A stretch of DNA of 64,000 nt, taken from contig JAUCBJ010008709.1 in the NCBI GenBank assembly GCA_032718475.1, positions 1 to 64,000 on the forward strand, read 5' to 3'. This document shows positions 60,661 to 64,000 of the stretch, piece by piece. Under the pieces are notes generated by a model. The model worked only from the letters and a program-made list of their open reading frames with translations, had not been told where the DNA came from and did not search any database. Both the position numbers and the translations under genes were made by a program. The stretch is from Nemertoderma westbladi (Eukaryota > Animalia > Xenacoelomorpha). Numbering within the stretch: position 1 is the stretch's first letter; each line of letters begins with the position of its first letter.

Positions 60661-62123
60661 TGGGAGACTTTAATGCAAGTCTGCATCAATCACCTACATC
60701 GCCCTGGGTCTATAGCAATAGTGTTAACCGAAATTCTGTCCATCTTCAGGATTTTATCTCTGGAAATGGATTGTTTTCGGCTGGAACCCAGTTCAAGAAG
60801 CGAACTGGAAAGCTATGGACTCATAGTGGACCCAGTGGTCACAAGTCCCAGATAGACCATATTCTGTTTCGTAGGAAATACAGGAGCTCTATACAAGACT
60901 GTAATGCATTTACACTTCGACCCTTCTCCAGTGATCACCGCCTTATTGTGGCCAAGGTAAGACTTAGTCTGAGTGCTAGCAGAACAACGAAATCTGCCTT
61001 GCCACGGCATGACTGGTCCTCTCTGTTGCAACAGCCAAGTGTGAGATCCAGCTTCACACTACAGCTGAGCAACAAGTATGAGGCTCTTGCCTCTGAGGCG
61101 GCAGATCACTGTGAGGGCTATACTGCCTTTACAGAAGCAGTTAAGTTAGCAGCTGCAGAAACAGTTCCTGTATACCCTCGAAACAGGAAAAGGGCCCCCT
61201 GGACTGACAACAAAATTCAGAAGTGCCGAAATGACCTTCATAAGGCGCAGAAAGAGTCCCGACTCAAACAGACTACAGCGGCCAAGAATGCAGTTAAAGC
61301 TGCATCTAGGTCCCTGAACAGGCAGTTCTCTGTTAATCTACAGGAGCTAATAAACCAACAGGTTGATGCCATCAATGATGCTGACGACAGCAGGCAATCA
61401 TCCCAGGCATGGAAATCGATCAATCTGCTTACTGGGCGGAAAAGCCAACCAACCACCAAGGTTAAGGCTGAATCACCAGCCGATCGCCTCAATGGTTGGA
61501 AAGCCCACTTTGAAAAGCTCCTCAATAATGACAGGGTATTGCCTGATAACTTTATAGAAGTAAAAGTGTCTGAGTCTGTACTCCCAGATATTCCCATTGG
61601 CGATATCTCCTTTGCAGAAGTGAAGGCTGCTGCAAAGAGCATTAAGACCAATCGTGCCAGTGGAGTAGATGGTGTTCCCCCTGAGGTCTTTAAAATACCT
61701 GAGTGTTTAAAGCTCATCTATCCCATCATAGTAGACATGTACCGTACAAAAAGAGTCCCACAAGAAATGAAAACAAATAAGTTGGTGCCAGTTCCCAAGA
61801 AGGGCAACCTAACACTCTATGGTTCTTTTCGGGGAAGCTTGACACTAGAACAAAATCGCCTCCGCTTTGCAGGACATTGCTTTCGCCGTGAGGACCAGCC
61901 AGTGCATAATCTTGTACTTTGGCAGCCTCATGGAGTGAATAAGCATGGTGGACAGCCCATGACTTTCTTGAGACGCATCTTAAAGGACACTGGCCTTAAA
62001 GATGCGGATGATCTAGCAAATCTCATGTGTGATAGGGAGTTGTGGCGGTGCAATTTTGTTGACAAGCCGGCACAGCATTCTTAAAAATGCAGCTGCAATG
62101 CAGCATGCCGATCCTAGTAGTAG
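60661..62123 (+). mobile_element. 5'-truncated, internally deleted RTE-like LINE
   Basis: TSD TAACTCC (60654-60660 and 62124-62130); (TAG)3 tail; removal restores Gag AIQEAELAAQQQ. Confidence 0.9.
60771..62084 (+). pseudogene. LINE ORF remnant: APE C-terminus, linker and RT N-terminus fused to the RTE-type C-terminus
   Basis: SQIDHIL, SDHRLI, ASGVDGVPPE, LVPVPKKG..FRG joined directly to RLRFAGHCFR...DRELWR; no YADD. Confidence 0.85.
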
Positions 62124-63177
62124 TAACTCCGCTTCCTGTATAGCTAAATGAGCATTTATTTGTCGCGCCTCCAACTTGGCACGAGCGTCCGATGCTGCTT
62201 TCTTCCGTGCTAACTCATCGGCTGCTGCCTGTCGTGCTAACACGTCAGCTGCCGCCTGTCGTGCTAACTCGTCGGCTGCTGCTGCCGCTTCTCGCGCTAA
62301 GTCCTCCTCCAGTCTCCGCATCTCCGATGCTTCGAATTCGGCTTGCGCTTTGAGTTTTGCAATTCTTGCTTCATCCTCTAATTGGGGGATGTGGAATTTG
62401 GTAGGCTGGCGAGCCTTCCGTAGATAGAACTTCCGTTGTCCCTCGCGGTTCGACTTCCATTTCTTCGATCGGTACGCCGCATCTACGAAGAAAATTGGTG
62501 AGCGTCTCTAACCTCCCGTCCAGGCAGTATAGTTCTTCTTCCTCTTCGGGTTGTAACAACGCGTCCGAAACTGACTCACCTAACAGTTGGTCGAGTTGTT
62601 CTTGCTGAGTCGATCCTACAACCGACTTAAACTGGATGAGGCTTTCCCTCGCAATTCAAGCAAAAAGTAAAGTAAGTTGTAAAGTGAGTAAAGTTGTCGC
62701 CACACAACTCTGCAAGTTCGTGTAAACCTTTAAGTTTATCTACGGAAGCATGTACCCTACTTTCTATCCTTACCTGTAAGGTGTAGAACTCGTATCTCGA
62801 CATCGGGGCGGTTAACTCGCGTAAAACGCGAAAACCTTCTCCGAAGTTTCGAGTTATATGGGCCATGTGTCCTCCTATACTCCTAATAATGTTCTCCTGG
62901 CTTCCAGTCGAACTTACCATGTCCGGTTCCCGCGATCTGGTCTGCGGGACGGTAAGGAAATCTTCGATTCTGCCGTCGCCATGCGTTGCGGCTTCCGGTA
63001 TTTCCGTTCGGGGTACCGGCGACGCACGCGGTGTGACATCGGTGGAATCTCGGGTTCTCCTTCTTGGTTCGTCTACTGTCGATCTGTCCGGGTCGCACGA
63101 GTCATAGTCGGTAGGTGGGTATCGAGTCGAATGTGGTGTATCACTCATGTCTATTATATACGTCAAGTACGGGTAAT

Positions 63178-63245
63178 AAAATGTCAAAGTATCAGAATGT
63201 CGAAATGTCAAAATGTCAAAATGTCGAAATGTCCAAATGTCAAAC
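63178..63245. repeat. Short AAATGTC(A/G/C) tandem repeat in the BEL-3 leader
   Basis: About 8 imperfect 8-bp units just upstream of the gag ATG. Confidence 0.75.
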
Positions 63246-64000
63246 TCATCTTGATATATATATATCATATATATATACCCTAACCGGTACAAATAAAATT
63301 AAAGTATATAATAAAATATGTAATAATCTAGCCTACCGGCTAAATTTGTACGGATAAGTGAGATAACGGTATACGTTACCAAAATGTAGATCAACAAGTA
63401 CAAATAATAGGCAAAACAGCAACGTCTAATGGGAAATAAGTACCAACAACACTACTAATTAGACAGTGAAACCCACAAATTTTGAGTACTACTGTGCTCT
63501 TAAGTTTGAACGACACGAGTGGTAAAACTTACGCTCCTTTGATCTTCCAGTCGTGCAAATTCCCAAATACAAACCGGATGTGGGTCGTTCCGTTTTCGGC
63601 GTCGCGGACGAATTTTGTGTCTCCCAAACTTTGCGAAAAGCGGTCTAATCCCTCGAAGCAGTCCAGAAATGAGTCCTTGAGTCCTGAAAAGTCGAAGGTG
63701 GGAGTTTTACTTCTACTCTACGAAAAATCTTCCTAGGTACCGATACAACTTGGTCTTTAAACCCTATGTACCTTTTCAAGTACCGAAAGTAACACCGCAC
63801 ACACACGGCGTAAAACAAATTGCTACAAACTAACTATTAGCTAGTCAAATATTAAATACGAAACTACTAGCTACCCTAAAAGCCTACTGAAGCAGGGAAC
63901 GTTCTACAAATTACTAATTTTACTAATTTTAAATTATAAATATCTCCTACCTTTACAATAGCTAACAATATATATTTATATTCCTTACTGTAAAGTGCGC

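Larger units (their letters stand above)
58298..63148 (-). pseudogene. BEL-3 Gag N-terminal region, frameshifted and split by two insertions
   Basis: Starts MSDTPHST (ATG at 63148); GHMAHITR resembles BEL-1 AHAGHITR; coiled-coil pieces rejoin in frame across both insertions. Confidence 0.75.
54241..64000 (-). mobile_element. Decayed BEL/Pao element (BEL-3) related to BEL-1; truncated after RNase H, 5' LTR essentially outside the window
   Basis: Pol fragments strongly resemble BEL-1 (TDQTYYLPHH..HPDKP.KVRVVNDCAA, FGARDSPN, FPADLELH.FSDAS); many frameshifts; no integrase or 3' LTR. Confidence 0.92.

Overview
This is eukaryotic, probably invertebrate, heterochromatin-like DNA with no recognisable host gene. 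One 46-bp AT-rich satellite array (about 16 kb, about 345 monomers) is split into three blocks by two full-length BEL/Pao LTR retrotransposons: BEL-1 (10226-26700, TSD GATAT) and BEL-2 (30767-48424, TSD AACAT). On the right the array abuts a third, decayed, reverse-oriented BEL (54241-64000). Nested insertions are a compact 3.9-kb Ty3/Gypsy element inside BEL-2, and an RTE-like LINE derivative plus an unclassified 0.9-kb insert inside BEL-3. The left end holds two Helentron-like non-autonomous (HINE-type) elements and a diverged BEL-1-like LTR. Most interesting signals: (i) BEL-2 carries an extra 3' gene of about 865 aa after reconstruction, with a DEDDy/WRN-EXD-like 3'-5' exonuclease domain and tandem zinc knuckles; (ii) neither full-length BEL has a TGG tRNA primer-binding site, and in both the PBS position is complementary to a sequence inside its own LTR, suggesting self-priming; (iii) repeated RNA hairpin motifs show compensatory changes or conservation independent of reading frame; (iv) repeated insertion into the same satellite. 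All alignments and domain calls were made by eye.
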